From Zygnema circumcarinatum SAG 698-1b (lineage: Eukaryota; Plantae; Zygnematophyceae), in contig CM074806.1 of the NCBI GenBank assembly GCA_037447605.1, positions 2,542,001-2,606,000 of the forward strand: a DNA stretch of 64,000 nucleotides, given 5' to 3'. Shown one piece after another: positions 22,801 through 36,168 of this stretch; positions within the stretch are counted from its first letter, which is position 1; each line of letters opens with the position of its first letter. The translations under genes and the position numbers were made by a program. The notes beneath the pieces are model-generated. The model searched no databases, had not been told where the DNA came from, and saw nothing but the letters and a program-made list of their open reading frames with translations.

Positions 22801-25800
22801 ATGCTGAGGATGCGACCCAAGATAAAATCCTTCATACTGCATTCCACAAAGCACATTAGGCTGCCTTTCAAAGGAGGACGATCTTGATCCGAGTTAACTA
22901 TAGAAGTCCACGGTAGAAGTCGCCAACAAAACGAAAAGGGGTGATAAATCACTTGCATCCTCCAAGCGGGAATTACCCAATTATGTTTCAAATTAGAGAC
23001 TTACTTCCATCTGGCTTGTTGGTGAACATGCGTGCCTTGGCTGCCGCTACTTCTGCCATTGCAGCATGGAACTGCCCATCCAACATCAAAACCACACTCT
23101 CCCAACGTTGATACAATTGCGCTCAACAGGATAAAAATTGACAGCTCTGCAATAGCCGCATTCATACACCAATTATAAAAGCTTGACCTGTCTTACATGC
23201 AGTTGAAAACAAATAGCACAATCAGGAAATGAAACAAAATGAAAATTGATTGAAAGATCAAATCTCCTCACCCCGGACGTTTCTGCATCGCATTCTCCAG
23301 GATCAGCAAGAAATTCGCCAAAATACCATTTTCCCTGAAAGAAAACAGACAGAGCAGACAAAGCAGTTCGGAGACGTTGTCAGATATATCAACGGTTCAT
23401 TTCTTAGTGCAAAGTAAGTGGTCTGCACTGGTAGTTCAACACCGTAAAATACAAACTTAAGCATAAAAAGGAAGAAAGCCGAAAGGATAGAACAATATTG
23501 TTGAAGCCAGAACCAAGCGTGCGAATGAATTATCTGGGCTTCTCAAACTTTATCCAAGTATAAAGCTGTGAATTTCTAATAATGTTAATTAGCACAGAAG
23601 CATACCCAAATCATTCGGCCATTGAGCTCGTACACTCCGCAGCCATGCATACGGCTATGCTTCATCTCGCCAGCATACTTGTAGTGTCCCTTTGGTCTGA
23701 AATTCACCACAGAAGCCAATTTCAATTATGCCCATTCAGATTGTAAGCAACAATAGAACAGTGCAGAAATGCGTCTTCAGAAAATCAATTCCATATAAAC
23801 AAAAAGACTCGTTATTGAGACGCCCAGCAAACAATAGATGCAGGCGAATACTCCATTCAGAAAGTTATCTTTCCCGGAAATGCTGAAGAAACTGCATCAG
23901 AAGCACAGCCTGAACCAATTCCAGTAATCTTAGAGGACTGATGCGAGTGTTTGAAGCCTGTAGAAAACAATAGGAAAAAGAAACAACAAAGGCAGCGAGC
24001 CGTACGGCAGCCGGCCAAAAATCTTCTTCCAGAGGGGATTCTCCTCATACGGCACCGCTTGGTCGTACGGAGGCCGCTTGAGCTGACTGGGCAGGTTGTC
24101 TGCTGACGTGGCCTGCTGACGTGCCATGGCAGCCGCATCTAAGTCTTCCAGCTCCATCTTCAGCCATTCCCGATCCTCAGAAGAAAGAAACTGGTCTTCA
24201 TCCGCCTGACCTTCCTTCGCAGCCAGTCTGCACAAAACATTCATCAGTAATCATCTATCTGGTAGCAGTGATAAGTGACATCTGCTCACTCAACATGCAG
24301 GAGCACCTTCACTTTCAAAAGTAATGTATTGAAAACTTTTATCTATTCCAGCTTATTCTTCAAGGATGAGCTAAGGTTGATGAAGACTAGAATCCGAAAA
24401 GGAACATGAGAAATAACACCAATTGAATCTCAAGACCCTCTCCTGAGCAGTGTTGATCGCACAGTCCACAGTAAGGGCAAGCTAGCATTTTCAACACTTG
24501 CGCTCGAAGTGATTTCGAACAAACGCAATGTTTGCTGAAAATACTAGTATACTGTACTTGGGCCAGCCATAGAAACGGCAGGCTGATGCCAATCTATACT
24601 GCCAGAAAGGGACTAGTGACTCGATCAAGCAAAAGCAATGGCAAAAAAAGGAAGGAAGTGAAGAAATTTACTTTGAATTAGGAGCAGGGACACGCCTTGG
24701 AACGTCAACTGTAAGGACTCCATGGCCTTGCATTGCGTTCTGCACCCACTCTCCTTCGTACCTGCAGTGACAAACAAGCAATCGGATAAATTGTGACTAT
24801 GTTCACTACCTATCGCCAGTCACAGCTCTGACATTAAGGCACAGCTGTTCACAGTCAGTGATTCAGAAGTCACTCAAGCAGCAGTAGAGTAACTAGACTG
24901 TCATTCAAGACATGAACAGGATACTTCAATCAACCAGGGAAACTAGGAAAGTGCTGAGCCTCACGTGCAAAGCTCCAAGGGAGTTGTGTACACGCCTTTT
25001 CCTTGCGCCAAGTCGTTCCATGTGGTGCCCTCGTAACTGCACATGAGAACGCGGCTTATCAGCCTCACCAATGTGAATCACGGCTCCTAATCTTGTTCAC
25101 AATCCGCCGCGCTGAATCTCTCACTGACTAGCTTTTGTCAGAAAAAATCGACCGTTAAGTACTACAAGATAGGTGCAGCTTTGCCTTCCATAATCAGAAT
25201 TGCTGTTCATTCTATGCGTGCTCAGCCAAAGCCTGCCTCAGTACCTCTGTTGAATCCAAATCTGACCTATTTCTGGTCTTTGGCAAAAACCTTTGTAAAC
25301 ATTGGGTGTTTATCTCAGATACGAATCCCTCTCCATTTTCACTACTCGTTGCAGTTGACCAGAGCAGACAAGAAAGGGCTCTTTTTACTGCAAATTAGTC
25401 CCAGTGCAATTTGTTCACATTGCAGTACAAGCTATTCAACGAGAAAAAAATTCTGGGAATCTATAAGGAAGTATGCGAATCACAATAATAACTCAAGTTA
25501 TAAAACAACTGGAAATTTCAAGCCACAAACCTTATTACTATCCTTCTGCTAGCTTGCCATCATCAGTTAGTTTACTCGCAATGTGCATAAGAAAAGTTGG
25601 AAGAAGTCCTTACGTTGAACCATCTTGAAATACATAGCTGTCCCAATCAAGGAACTCCTCCTCCATCTCCAGCTCCCTAAGAACGCCTTCTGCTCCAATG
25701 ATCTCATCATCGTCATCAGGAATGGGGGGTAATGGTCGTCGAAAAGGTACATACACATCGGGGGTTCGAATCCCTAAAGGAATTTTCTTTTTTGGTCGTT

Positions 25801-26634
25801 TCTTGCCCCTCCGCCGTCTGAACCTGAAACGTTAAAAGGGAGAAATCGCAAATACGTTAGTGCAGCTGAAGTTTCACAACCACAAGCAACATGAAAACTA
25901 ACTAATGTGTTAGTTTTCCTAGTTCATGTAAGTATTGTACATTCGTAATGCGTAGGATACCTGCAGAAAATCATCATCTACAGCCCGGAAATGCTTGCAT
26001 TGAATTACCTAGCCAACCTATGCAAGAAATGGTTTCACTAATTTACCGCGCATCATTCCCAACAGCTACCTCACTTCATACATCCACTGCTGATCACTAA
26101 ATTGCGATTAAACAATGATTGCCTCATGTACCTGGACGCCCTTTGGCGATCACCATCGTCCTCGTTTGTCTCGCTATCAATGCCAGTGATTCCCAAATGG
26201 GGATCATAGAACATGTTGGTCGCATTCTCAGGGGGTTCAATCCATTCTTCGTCGAGATCACCCTCTGTCCACCCTTCCTTATCACGACCAATATTTTCCC
26301 ATGCTTCTTCATCTTCAATAGGTCTCGTTTCGCCAGGAAGCCCGCCATCGTCACCTTCCTCGCTTTTTGGCTTCACGTTGTATATCTTTTCCAGAATTTC
26401 CCTCTCTTCACGATGTAGCTCGGCCTCCTTCCTTTTCGCCTCCGCTTCCTTTCTTCTTTCCTCCGCCTCGCGTTTCTCCACATTAGCCGGGTCAAATTCT
26501 GCCAAAATGGCATCAAAGTCTATGGGGGTCTCCTCTTCCGGCACCTCTTGTTCGTCATCACCTTTTCGACTGGCAGCAGGCAACTCCTTTCGCTCTGCAG
26601 CAGCAGCTCCCTGAGTCGCTTCCTTCTTCGCCAT
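19839..26634 (-). CDS. TIC100: Chloroplast translocon subunit TIC100 / EMB1211 (MORN-repeat protein)
   Basis: Acidic N-terminus, then EEEFLDWDSYVFQDGST-YEGTTWNDLAQGKGVY, YEGEWVQNAMQGHGV, EDREWLKMELED, REVRGPYTDPSHPYMYEDEDMWMAPGFINEF, LLHVPSKQLINWAED and IDPTKIKPLPLGFKEF. An acidic coiled coil and C-terminal CLSLAIP follow, all collinear with Arabidopsis TIC100. Confidence 0.93.
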
Positions 26635-29426
26635 TGTTGCCCTTCACGACTGGATTTTCTAGGTGAAGCCGTTAAGCCACGCACCTTCTTCTTCCCTCCT
26701 AGCCCGCCATTCCTCTCTTTCAGCTGCAGCAGCGGCAGCCCGCAGGGGGCCCGGCGGCCCTGTCCCTGCCCTGCTCCAGCTCCAGCTCCAGGTCCAGGCG
26801 AGCAGGGCGGGCGGATGCCGCGTGCAAGCAGGAAGCAGGGTGCGAGCGAGGGCGGGTTCAGGGAGGGCCTAGGCCCGCGGCCTCGCCCGTGCGGTGGGCC
26901 ACGTGGCGCGAGGTCAGCAGTGGATGCAGCAGTGGACGGCTGCGATTCGTCGGCGGGAGTGGGGGAGGGGCGAATGGATAAAGTCGCCCTCTGGCAGCAC
27001 CCGCGTGCCTGCCCGCCCGCCCGCCCGTCCAACGGGTCGGGCCGTACTGTACCCCTCCCCCCCTTTCCCAAATCGGCCAATCGGCCAATCGTGTCGGCCC
27101 GTTCGCAGTGCAAAGGGATTGGGCGCGTTTGTGAAGAAGCATAAAGGCTCGACTGATGGCGCGGATGGAAGGCGGGTAAAGGAGGGAGGGAGGGTTGGGG
27201 CCTGGCGGGGGGCGACGGGTGGCTGTGGTATGGACGGCTTAAGGGGGGGCGCTATCGAACGGCGCTCCGCACTTGGGGGGAATACGATCTTATGCCACTT
27301 GGTGCCTCGGCAGAGGTTTACCTTCCTCCCGGTCCTTTACACTGGTAAAGGGTTTAACGGGAAGGCTTAGGGGTATGGGCGAGCTAGTTTAAGAGCATGG
27401 GCAAGCTCTTAAGCTCGTTAAAAACTAGCATCACATTATAGACAAAGTGAGAGAGAGAGCTAAGGCAAGAGGCAAGGGCCTCCTGTTACATTAGTTTCAA
27501 AGCTAAAAGATGTGTAACTAACTAATGTGAAAAAAACTAACTCAACCAAAAATAAGAGTTGAGTACTTTTAGTTTAATAGTATCCCAGGAAAAAAAAATG
27601 CAAACAATGTTGAGAAACATACACCAATCAGTACCCATGCCTTCAGTGTTTCATGGAATAAAACAGAGTCTCCTTCATGGACGACATTCGCACAATGGAA
27701 CTGACAGAAGTGACTAGCAAAACTCGCATTGTATTCGTGAATAACTCTCAAAACTTCTTGAAAAAATATGACTACTCAGATCACCCCTACAACATTTGAA
27801 GGTTTCCAATTATTAATATATAACCTTAGTATGAATGCACAGATCCAACCTTCAAATACGTGATTATAAGTTCATGCACGTCCTATGCAGATTGAAATGG
27901 CCGATGAAACAAACACATGGATTCACTACAAGAGAAATTCTTAGTTCTTATTGAAATGTTTGCAAGCTAAGAAATTGGTATACGTGCAATTTTACCAAAA
28001 ACTTTCAGTGTGACTAAAGGTACTTCAGATTGAAGGCATCGACTGCCATAGAGGTCAAGTCTAAAGATGAATATATGCAGACGAGTTGTTGTGAAATTGG
28101 CTTAGCTCACATATGCTAGTTCTTTCTAATATCAAGTCAGACAAAAATGGCCTCTCAGTTCCAACCCCCCACTTTGAGCTGCTAGATCAATTCATCTATT
28201 AGTATCAGCTAAGTCAACAGTGCACTAGTTGAGCTCCAACTTGGGGGGTTGAATTAGGAGCAAGTTCATGTTTTCACCACGCCCACTCTGCAAAGGCAAG
28301 CATGAAATTAAGCCATCAATCCAGACAAAAAAATCATTTAAATGTATGTGATTCACTTCAAGAATATTCTATGAAATAAGCAAATAGTGTAAAAATTGAT
28401 TGAATAGGATATGCTTTAAAGAGACAAACGGCAGCGAGAGATATACCACATAGTTAGGGATATCATTGGAAGACACGAAATACTTAAGAGCATGTTTGTG
28501 AAAAAACTTGGCGTGGCTAGGCAGGCTAACGATGTCGTTAGCGTCGTAAAATAGAGTGAGCCCCTTATAAGCATAACACTTTGACAGGTGTACGCTGCGG
28601 AGCAACAAGCGCATAAATTGAGTAAGATTTGTGTAAGAAATGTATCAAACATACTTAAGGTAGTTAAGCATGACATATTTGAAAAATATAAAAAGGGGAA
28701 GAGAAAAACACATATTGGCCTGTGGAACTGAGCACTTTTTTTAAGTTAAGATTGAAGCATTGATGAACACGACTGTCTAGAATTGGCTTGGGCCTTGGCA
28801 CAAGGGTATCAACATCGCCATGGCTTTTTTACTCATGCATCAAAATATTCACAGTTTTTGCCTTTATTATCTTGGTCCATCATCACAAACATTGATGGCC
28901 ATTGACTACATATTACATATAAGATGTCAACTTCATCAATACAACAAATTCCAAGAGTACAACAACTTTCTTTTGTTGAGACGATAATAATTGAGACGAT
29001 GACATCAGACGATTAAGTGATTGTAGTTGATTGATTGTAGTTGATTGAATTCTTGTGTTTTAGAGAATATCAATGGAAAGTGGCAATAGTCCTAGTGTGC
29101 AAACTCATTTGTTGACGACACTTTGTCAATCTCTAAAATCTAGATTTCGAATGTTACTGCAGCTCTAGCTTATGTTGTAAGGAATCTCTCTCTTTTTTTG
29201 CCCTTTTGGAAGCCATGGTCGCCAACAGTCGTTCCCTCGAAGCTGGCCTACAAATTATTAGGTGTGGGCTCTATCACCTTCACAGAATTCTTTCACCCTC
29301 AGCCTCTAGCCCAGCCCTTTGGCCTTTGCTTATGCTAGTACCACTGCAAAATATCTGTCTCCATCCACATAGCATCTTGTAGAAGTCGCCGTTACGTGGA
29401 GCTCCAATATGACATGCTACTTGGAG

Positions 29427-30468
29427 ATCGTTGGTGAGTCATAAGATTGCATGGCTCGAAGGAACCAGAGGGAGAGGTGACAAGGAGATCGTTGGTGAGC
29501 GCACGCATAGAATTGCATGGCTTGAAGTAACCAAAGCGAAAAGAGAAAGAAAGAAGAGGTGACACAGAAATCGCTGGTGAATGCACGCGTAGGATTGCAT
29601 GGCTCAAAGGCATTGGAGAGAAAGGAGAGGTGACACAAAGATTGTTGGTGACACATGCATAAGATTGCATGGCTTGAAGGAATTGAAGAGAAGGGAGAGG
29701 GACACAAAGATTGTTGGTGACACATGCATAAGATTGTATGGCTTGAAGGAATCAAAGAAAAGGGAGAGGTGATACGAAGATTGTTAGTGAGAGCATTCGT
29801 AAGATTGTATGGCTTGAAGGAATTGAAGAGAAGGGAGAGGGACACAAAGATTGTTGGTGACACATGCATAAGATTGTATGGCTTGAAGGAATTGAAGAGA
29901 AGGGAGAGGGACACAAAGATTGTTGGTGACACATGCATAAGATTGTATGGCTTGAAGGAATCAAAGAAAAGGGAGAGGGACACAAAGATTGTTGGTGACA
30001 CATGCATAAGATTGTATGGCTTGAAGGAATCAAAGAAAAGGGAGAGGTGATACGAAGATTGTTGGTGACACATGCATAAGATTGTATGGCTTGAAGGAAT
30101 CAAAGAAAAGGGAGAGGTGATACGAAGATTGTTAGTGAGAGCATTCGTAAGATTGTATGGCTTGAAGGAATTGAAGAGAAGGGAGAGGGACACAAAGATT
30201 GTTGGTGACACATGCATAAGATTGTATGGCTTGAAGGAACCAAAGAGGTGACCCGAAGATCGCTGGTGAGCTCACGCGTAGGATTAACATGGCTCAAAGG
30301 AACCGAAGAGAAAAAAGAGGTGATACAAAGATCGCTGGTGAGCGCACGTGTAGGATTGTATGGCTCGAAGGAACCGGAGAAAAGGGAGAGGTGACACAAA
30401 GATTGCTGGTGACGCACATGTAAGATTGTATGGCTCGAAGGAACCAGAGAAAAGGGAGAGGTGACACA
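29427..30468. repeat. Tandem array of about 15 units of 69-70 bp
   Basis: Unit consensus is approximately GAAAAGGGAGAGG(T)GACACAAAGATTGTTGGTGACACATGCATAAGATTGTATGGCTTGAAGGAATCAAA. GATTGTATGG recurs at 29941, 30010 and 30080. Confidence 0.95.
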
Positions 30469-31063
30469 TACTGCAAAGCAAAGCTGGAAAGCGACATCTT
30501 GCTCTACAAATTCTCATGCGAGTGAGGGCATGCATTACCATGCACTTCCAATTTTCCACTTTCAATGGTTTGTTACATGCTCATGGTTAATGTCTTTGCT
30601 CATGCCACTTTCTTCTTCCTTCTTTATGCTTCTTCCCCACTTGCAGTATTATGTGCGGTGTTTTGTGCGGACATTGTTGGATGGTGTAAGAACTTTGTTT
30701 GGACGACAAAAAGTAATAAGTGATCTCTGCAGTGCTGAACCAAGGGCTTGCAAACGAGGACAAATACAGTACAGCTTTATCAGTAGTTTTGATTGCATTG
30801 GGCAAAAGTAGTTTTGATTGCATTGGGCAAATATAGGCCAGTACGCCAATAAAAAAGAACTAAGACATCCCAAAAGGGAGCTCTATGGGCAAAGGCCGCC
30901 AACTGCACACACAGCACGTTCCGCCAATGCGGAAGCTTGCACGTGCATATCACACTATACACATTTACAGATGATTCCAGAAATCAGCTAACTTCTGCCC
31001 AATTAAACGCCCACCGGACAGTTGTCGAGACGGTGAAACAGCCTTACTATGGCTCCTATGCTC

Positions 31064-33427
31064 TTACCTTGCAGGGCCTTCTTTGGACTCATCTAATCCC
31101 TCCCCCTTCACTGGCCCTTCAGATCCTTCTGGCTGTGAGCCCTGGGCTTGGGCCTGCGCCTGCGCCCCCTCCTCTCCTCCTGCTGACTGCGTTGCATTCA
31201 AGCCTTTGTTCCCAGGCACTCTGATCTCCAGCAAGCGCTCCACGACTTGTCGACAAATGGGACAGCGGTTAGTCTGATACCGTAGTACTTTCGCACATTC
31301 GCTGCACATACACTGAATATCACCCACAAAAAAAAAGCCCGATAAAGAACTTCTAATCTATTCATAGTTTTCAAAGCTGCATATCCACTGAACAGAAGAT
31401 GAAACATGGAAATGCATACATGCATATCCAAATAGGCTGTTGGCTTGCAAACACAGCCATCTCTATCTGCGTATACCCAAAGCATTAGGCTAAATGACTG
31501 AAAGATAAAGCAAGCATACAAGCAGAGTTCCAGGCCATGACGATAGGGCCATCCTCATCAACAAAAGGCGAAGCCATATTATATCTGATTAACAAATGGC
31601 GGCGTGACTTGTTAAGTCTAGATTGTAAAAACAGGCACGCGTACCATGTGGCGACAAGGGAGCACAGTTGTATCACGCGGTTCTGACAGGCAGATCACAC
31701 ATTCTTTTCCAATATCAGAACCCGTATCACTTGCGCTTTGCCCGCCCCCGTGCTCAATACCGTAAATTTCCTGCAAAACAAATCAATCTGTGTGAATGAA
31801 TTAACAGCCACATTAGCCTAGTGGCACAGCACCTGCCATCGGAACCACGTTGAGTAGGCCCGACCATAAACCAAGCAGTATGAAGCGGTTTTAGATAAGT
31901 ATCTGGTTTGGACTCCCACAATTCACGAGTATTGACGGCAGGAAGATGACAATACACAATAAGACACTTACACAGAGATGATCATCAAAGAGTTAACACA
32001 CCTGCAGCTCATAGCGCATCCCATCCACCCAGATCTTCTGCTTGAGCACTTTGACAGTGTACTCTCTATCAGGATGTTTCTCAAGGACCGCATATGTCGT
32101 CTGCGACTGGACCCACTTTGGCAGCTTTGCACCAGGGGACTCCTCTCTGCTCGGAGCATCTGGCGGAGGGTCCTTTGGCACAGTCTCTGTACGTACTACA
32201 AGGGGATACTGTTCCTTCTGTCCCTCGCTGGTCAGCTCTGCCTCTAAAAATCGTTTCAAATCCACCCCTGCTCCTGGGGCCTGTCGAAACTTTTGTCCAA
32301 GGCCCTTCTCAAAAGGAACGCGTATTGGGGTGTACAATTCAGGTCTTACTGAAGTGAAGCTGCAATTCTCCCCTTCCTTCGCGACAAAGAAGACACAAAT
32401 ACTGTTCATTCAGAGAAAGGGACCACCAAACATACAATTAAGTTTAGAAATTAGAACTCCAAGGTTTAACGCTTAAATGCAAAGGCACAAGAGGAGAGCC
32501 GCGTTTTAAAAAGGCCTAGTTAACGCTAAGTGGGAAATAATCTGAACAACAAAAGGCTCAGTCTTTGGATAATTACGTCTGGTGCAGCTGACATCATAAG
32601 CTACAAAAAGGAGATCTGACTCAAGAAAGAAGATTATGGGAAGAATGACCCTGATAAACAGCACCTACAACATCCCTTTCTTGGAGTGGAAAAAGTACAC
32701 GCCGCACACGAAACATTGCTTGTCGCCTTGGGCAGGTACAAACAACAGCCTATGATCCGGGTGAGCGCTAAAAGAGGAAAAATAAAGGAGCACGCTAAGA
32801 AAAAACATAACAAAATGTTACCATAGCAGCTGTATTTTTTGAAGTGCCCAAGGATCCGGCACAGTGCAGCTTGGGCTTCAAAAGTGCAGACAAGGTCCCG
32901 AAACATGAAGCAACTTCACCTGACTCGTGAGCGTCGGCCCCAATCAAACCAATTCCTTACCTCCCAGCCACTGTTGCATCAAAGGAGAAGGCCACCAAGT
33001 GTTGTCCGGGATTTTCTGGGTCGCGCTCTAGCCGCAAAGTAGCACGCTTCAAGTTTACGTCATTCCTAATGGTCGCCGTTCGCTGTGACTCTGCCGATGC
33101 GGGAGGAGGATAGGGAGTAGGAACCGGCATGCGCGGATAGTGGCTAGGCGGCACGGATGCCAGCCACGCTCCATTGCCTTGAAATTGTGGATAAGGTGGG
33201 GGGTAAGGCCGGTTGGAAATCCATGGGCCTACAGCAGGGTAAGGCTGCGTTGTAGGATATGGCGGATAACCTGGAGGCGGTTGGTAAGGGGGGTGAACCC
33301 CAGGGTACCCGTGAGGCGGGGGCGCTACTACTGGAACGGGAGGAACCTGCGGGATGCTGCCATTGCCATTGTTACCACCAGACGATCCAGACCTGCTTCT
33401 GTGCGGGCTACTTCCGCTATTCCCCAT
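31064..33427 (-). CDS. LOG2: LOG2/LUL (MGRN1-like) RING E3 ubiquitin ligase
   Basis: MGNSGS N-myristoylation start, Pro-rich region and DAR2 domain ([18 protein letters not shown]...[49 protein letters not shown]). RING domain [43 protein letters not shown]. The specific paralogue cannot be resolved. Confidence 0.93.
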
Positions 33428-34123
33428 GCTGAGACCACCACAGATTCTCGCCTGCACCGATCAATACATGTTTTGTCTCCTTATTAGGCAGCGGGGCTAT
33501 GCAGCTAGAACAGGCAGCACCTCTGGAAAATTAGGGTTTCTTGCAAGACGCGGCATCCACGCCTTTCTGAAGCAGAGGCCTGCGTCCGGTCGGTCCCTTC
33601 CCTCCCACCAGAGCGAGGGCGAGGACTCGAGGGGGAAGTGCTGTCGAGCAAGAAGTGTACGGACGACGTACGGCCCAAACGTCAGGGGCTTGCTCCGGGA
33701 AGGTGACAGCCCACAACTGCCTGCGACTAGGAATGTAACATTATTGAACGCAGGGTCGTGTATTGGAATTCCAATCAAAACTTATAAAAGTCATGCCGCT
33801 TTATAAAACACTTTGAGAATGACCGGGCAATCATTTTAATGTACGACCGTACGGCTAAGCTGTAAGGTAGGTACGGATGCTACGCGTTGGTAAGTGTTCA
33901 ATTGCAATGGGAGTACGGACATTCTGAAAGTGTTCTAAAAATCTGAAACTTTTAGATATTAGGATGTTTTAGCTCAGAAATCTAAAACTCTAAAAGGTCG
34001 CTTGTACGGACAAAAGTACAGTACATCCCTAGCTGCGATCACGGAACTGTCACCGTACGGTGCCGTACCGTACCGTGCCGTACGGTTTCAGCTGGAAGGG
34101 GCAACGGCACGCCTCTACAAATA

Positions 34124-35319
34124 ACGGAATTCCCTTAGTAACGTTTTTAAGGGAAAATTTGAGATTTTTCTATGGGATTTTAAGGGATATGTTGCAAAGC
34201 ACCTCAAAACACCCTAAAAAATCACGGTCCCTTAGTTATCATGCCATGCTCTCCCCCTTCCTCTCTCTCTTCTCAACAGGAGATAGCCCCTGCCCTTATC
34301 CCTGCCGCTGCCGCAGAAGGGGCAGCAGCAGGGATAGAAGAGCAAGGACAGCAGTGCCATCAACAGCAGTAGTAAGAGCAGGGGCAGCAACACCAACAGT
34401 AGCAGTAGCAGGAGCAAGGATCTCTTAGCCCCTACTGCTCTAGCCCCTACTGCTCTTGCCCCTGCCTGCCCTTGCCCTTTTTGCCCTTGCCCCCACATTT
34501 TCTTTAATAATTTTATCGCTTTCATGCATGTGCCCATTTTACTCTAAAGCAAAAGTTGAAAGAATCACAAGATGAAAGTGCAGAAAAGAAAAAATATATG
34601 AAAACCTTTTAGATATACTTGGACATGCTCATCCAAGGACTGCAAGCACTAGCTTCAATTAATCACCTACAATGAAGTGAAGCACCAAAGTACAAGCTGG
34701 ACCAATGCTCTGTAATACAATACTTATATTACTATGTGTTCAACTAAGAGCACACCCCAATAACTTAATATCAGTCTAACTATCAGATACGGATGCTGCA
34801 GACTAAGATGCTGCACATAGTTGTCCGTTCGAAAGCAATCAAAATATTTCACACGAGGTTTAGATTTCCTCTTGCTGCCAACCTTTTGTTCTCGCCCAAA
34901 AACGATGCAGAAACGACACACACAAGAAACACAAAGTTGCCGGGTCACGAGCAGTGACCTTGAGACCAAATTGGTCTTCATGGTTTTGCTGGAACTTAAG
35001 CAACTTCTTGCTTTTCGCCTTTGGGGGCATTTCATGCTTCAAAATCGCAGCACCTATCACGACGACATCTGCAGATCGAAGAGAGTGAGAAGAAAACGAA
35101 AGGTTCAAAAGGGAGAGAGGGAAGGGAGACGCAGTGGTATGTAAGACATAGAAAACGTCAGTCTTACTGAGGTTTCAGCCGTGACTGTACTTCCCATAAC
35201 AGTGATTGTCTATTTTTTGTACGATTATTATGTCATTTCAGACAATCCTTTATTCGTCCCTTAAAAAATATATATATGGGACGACCAAGAATCCTTTTAT
35301 GGGATTTAAGGGATTCCGT
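34124..35319 (-). mobile_element. Decayed non-autonomous DNA transposon carrying a frameshifted transposase N-terminal Zn-finger fragment
   Basis: Minus-strand MPPKAKSKKLLKFQQNHEDQFGLKVTARDPAT (from 35030) shifts frame into CVCRFCIVFGREQKVGSKRKSKPRVKYFDCFRTDNYVQHLSLQHP (C2H2 spacing). Imperfect TIR-like ends ACGGAATTCCCTTA (34124) / TAAGGGATTCCGT (35307-35319) and several TAAGGGA subterminal motifs. Ends are tentative. Confidence 0.6.
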
Positions 35320-35714
35320 ACACGGATTTGCCAACGAAAAAGCCGAACCACTATACAACCCAGCAATACCGCTGTAGAGTGCAACTGATACTCGAATGCT
35401 TTGGCGAAGCGGCTTTCCAAAAATGTGGACAATGCGATATATGCCTAACAAAAGCTGTGGAGGGGCACTTTCTAAAGCAAGACAGACCAAACAGGGTTTA
35501 GCTTTTCTATGTTAAAAATTGTATTAATTGTAATAATAGATTGTTGTGGCCTTAATAATAGAGGCCTGGGTAACGGCGCAGTTTAAGGCAAGGCAAGAAG
35601 GCTTTGAGAGGAGGAAATTTCTTATAAGAGGAGCTGGCCAATTTTTTAATGATCTGAGTGGGCAGAGGGCAGGAGATGCTGTCTGGCATACTTTCGAACA
35701 GGTATCGCCTGCGC

Positions 35715-35790
35715 AGTGAGTGAGTAAGTGAGTGAGTGAGTGACCGAATGACTGAATGACTGAATGAGTGAATGAGTGAGTGAGTGAGTG
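35715..35790. repeat. Compound tetranucleotide microsatellite (GTGA/ATGA)n
   Basis: gtgagtgagtaagtgagtgagtgagtgaccgaatgactgaatgactgaatgagtgaatgagtgagtgagtgagtg. Confidence 0.9.
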
Positions 35791-36168
35791 GCACACAAGT
35801 GCCATTTGAGATAGAGCCGCCACAAGGAGGAATGTTTTGAGCTCGACCTCATAAGCAACGCCGATGCCAACGGAAAGAATGCAGAGCACTTGAATTTTAG
35901 ATGAGATATTAAGCAGGAACGCAATTTAATGGAAAATGCCACGTTAGAACACTCTTTGTACAAGTAAGACATTATCCCTGATATCCCTGAGCCGCTAATA
36001 CAATGCGATTCCAGCTCTCCCTTACGTTATTCACCCCTGAGTTGCTCCTTGTATGACAGTACACAAGGACAACGTGCTGTAGAACAGTGGCCTCTCTCCA
36101 CTGATGCTCCAGAAAAAAGTTTGATCAAATACGGTCGTCGTGAATGCGAGGCAATTCAAACGGAACCA

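Noticed and set aside
25763-25774. GGTTCGAATCCC resembling a tRNA T-loop
   Set aside because: It lies antisense within a TIC100 coding exon (LGIRTP), with no D arm or acceptor stem.
26520-27144. ORFs upstream of TIC100 as a transit-peptide exon
   Set aside because: There is an in-frame stop just upstream of ATG 26634 and no usable intron. TIC100 is known to lack a cleavable transit peptide.
29427-30468. Possible CRISPR array, and ORFs 29417-30217, 29724-30050 and others
   Set aside because: The units are head-to-tail with no unique spacers and the context is eukaryotic. The ORFs are by-products of the repeat.
30765-34023. Isolated TACAGTA motifs at 30765 and 34017 as transposon footprints
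   Set aside because: Several matches to such 7-mers are expected by chance in 64 kb; only those abutting the MITE are informative.
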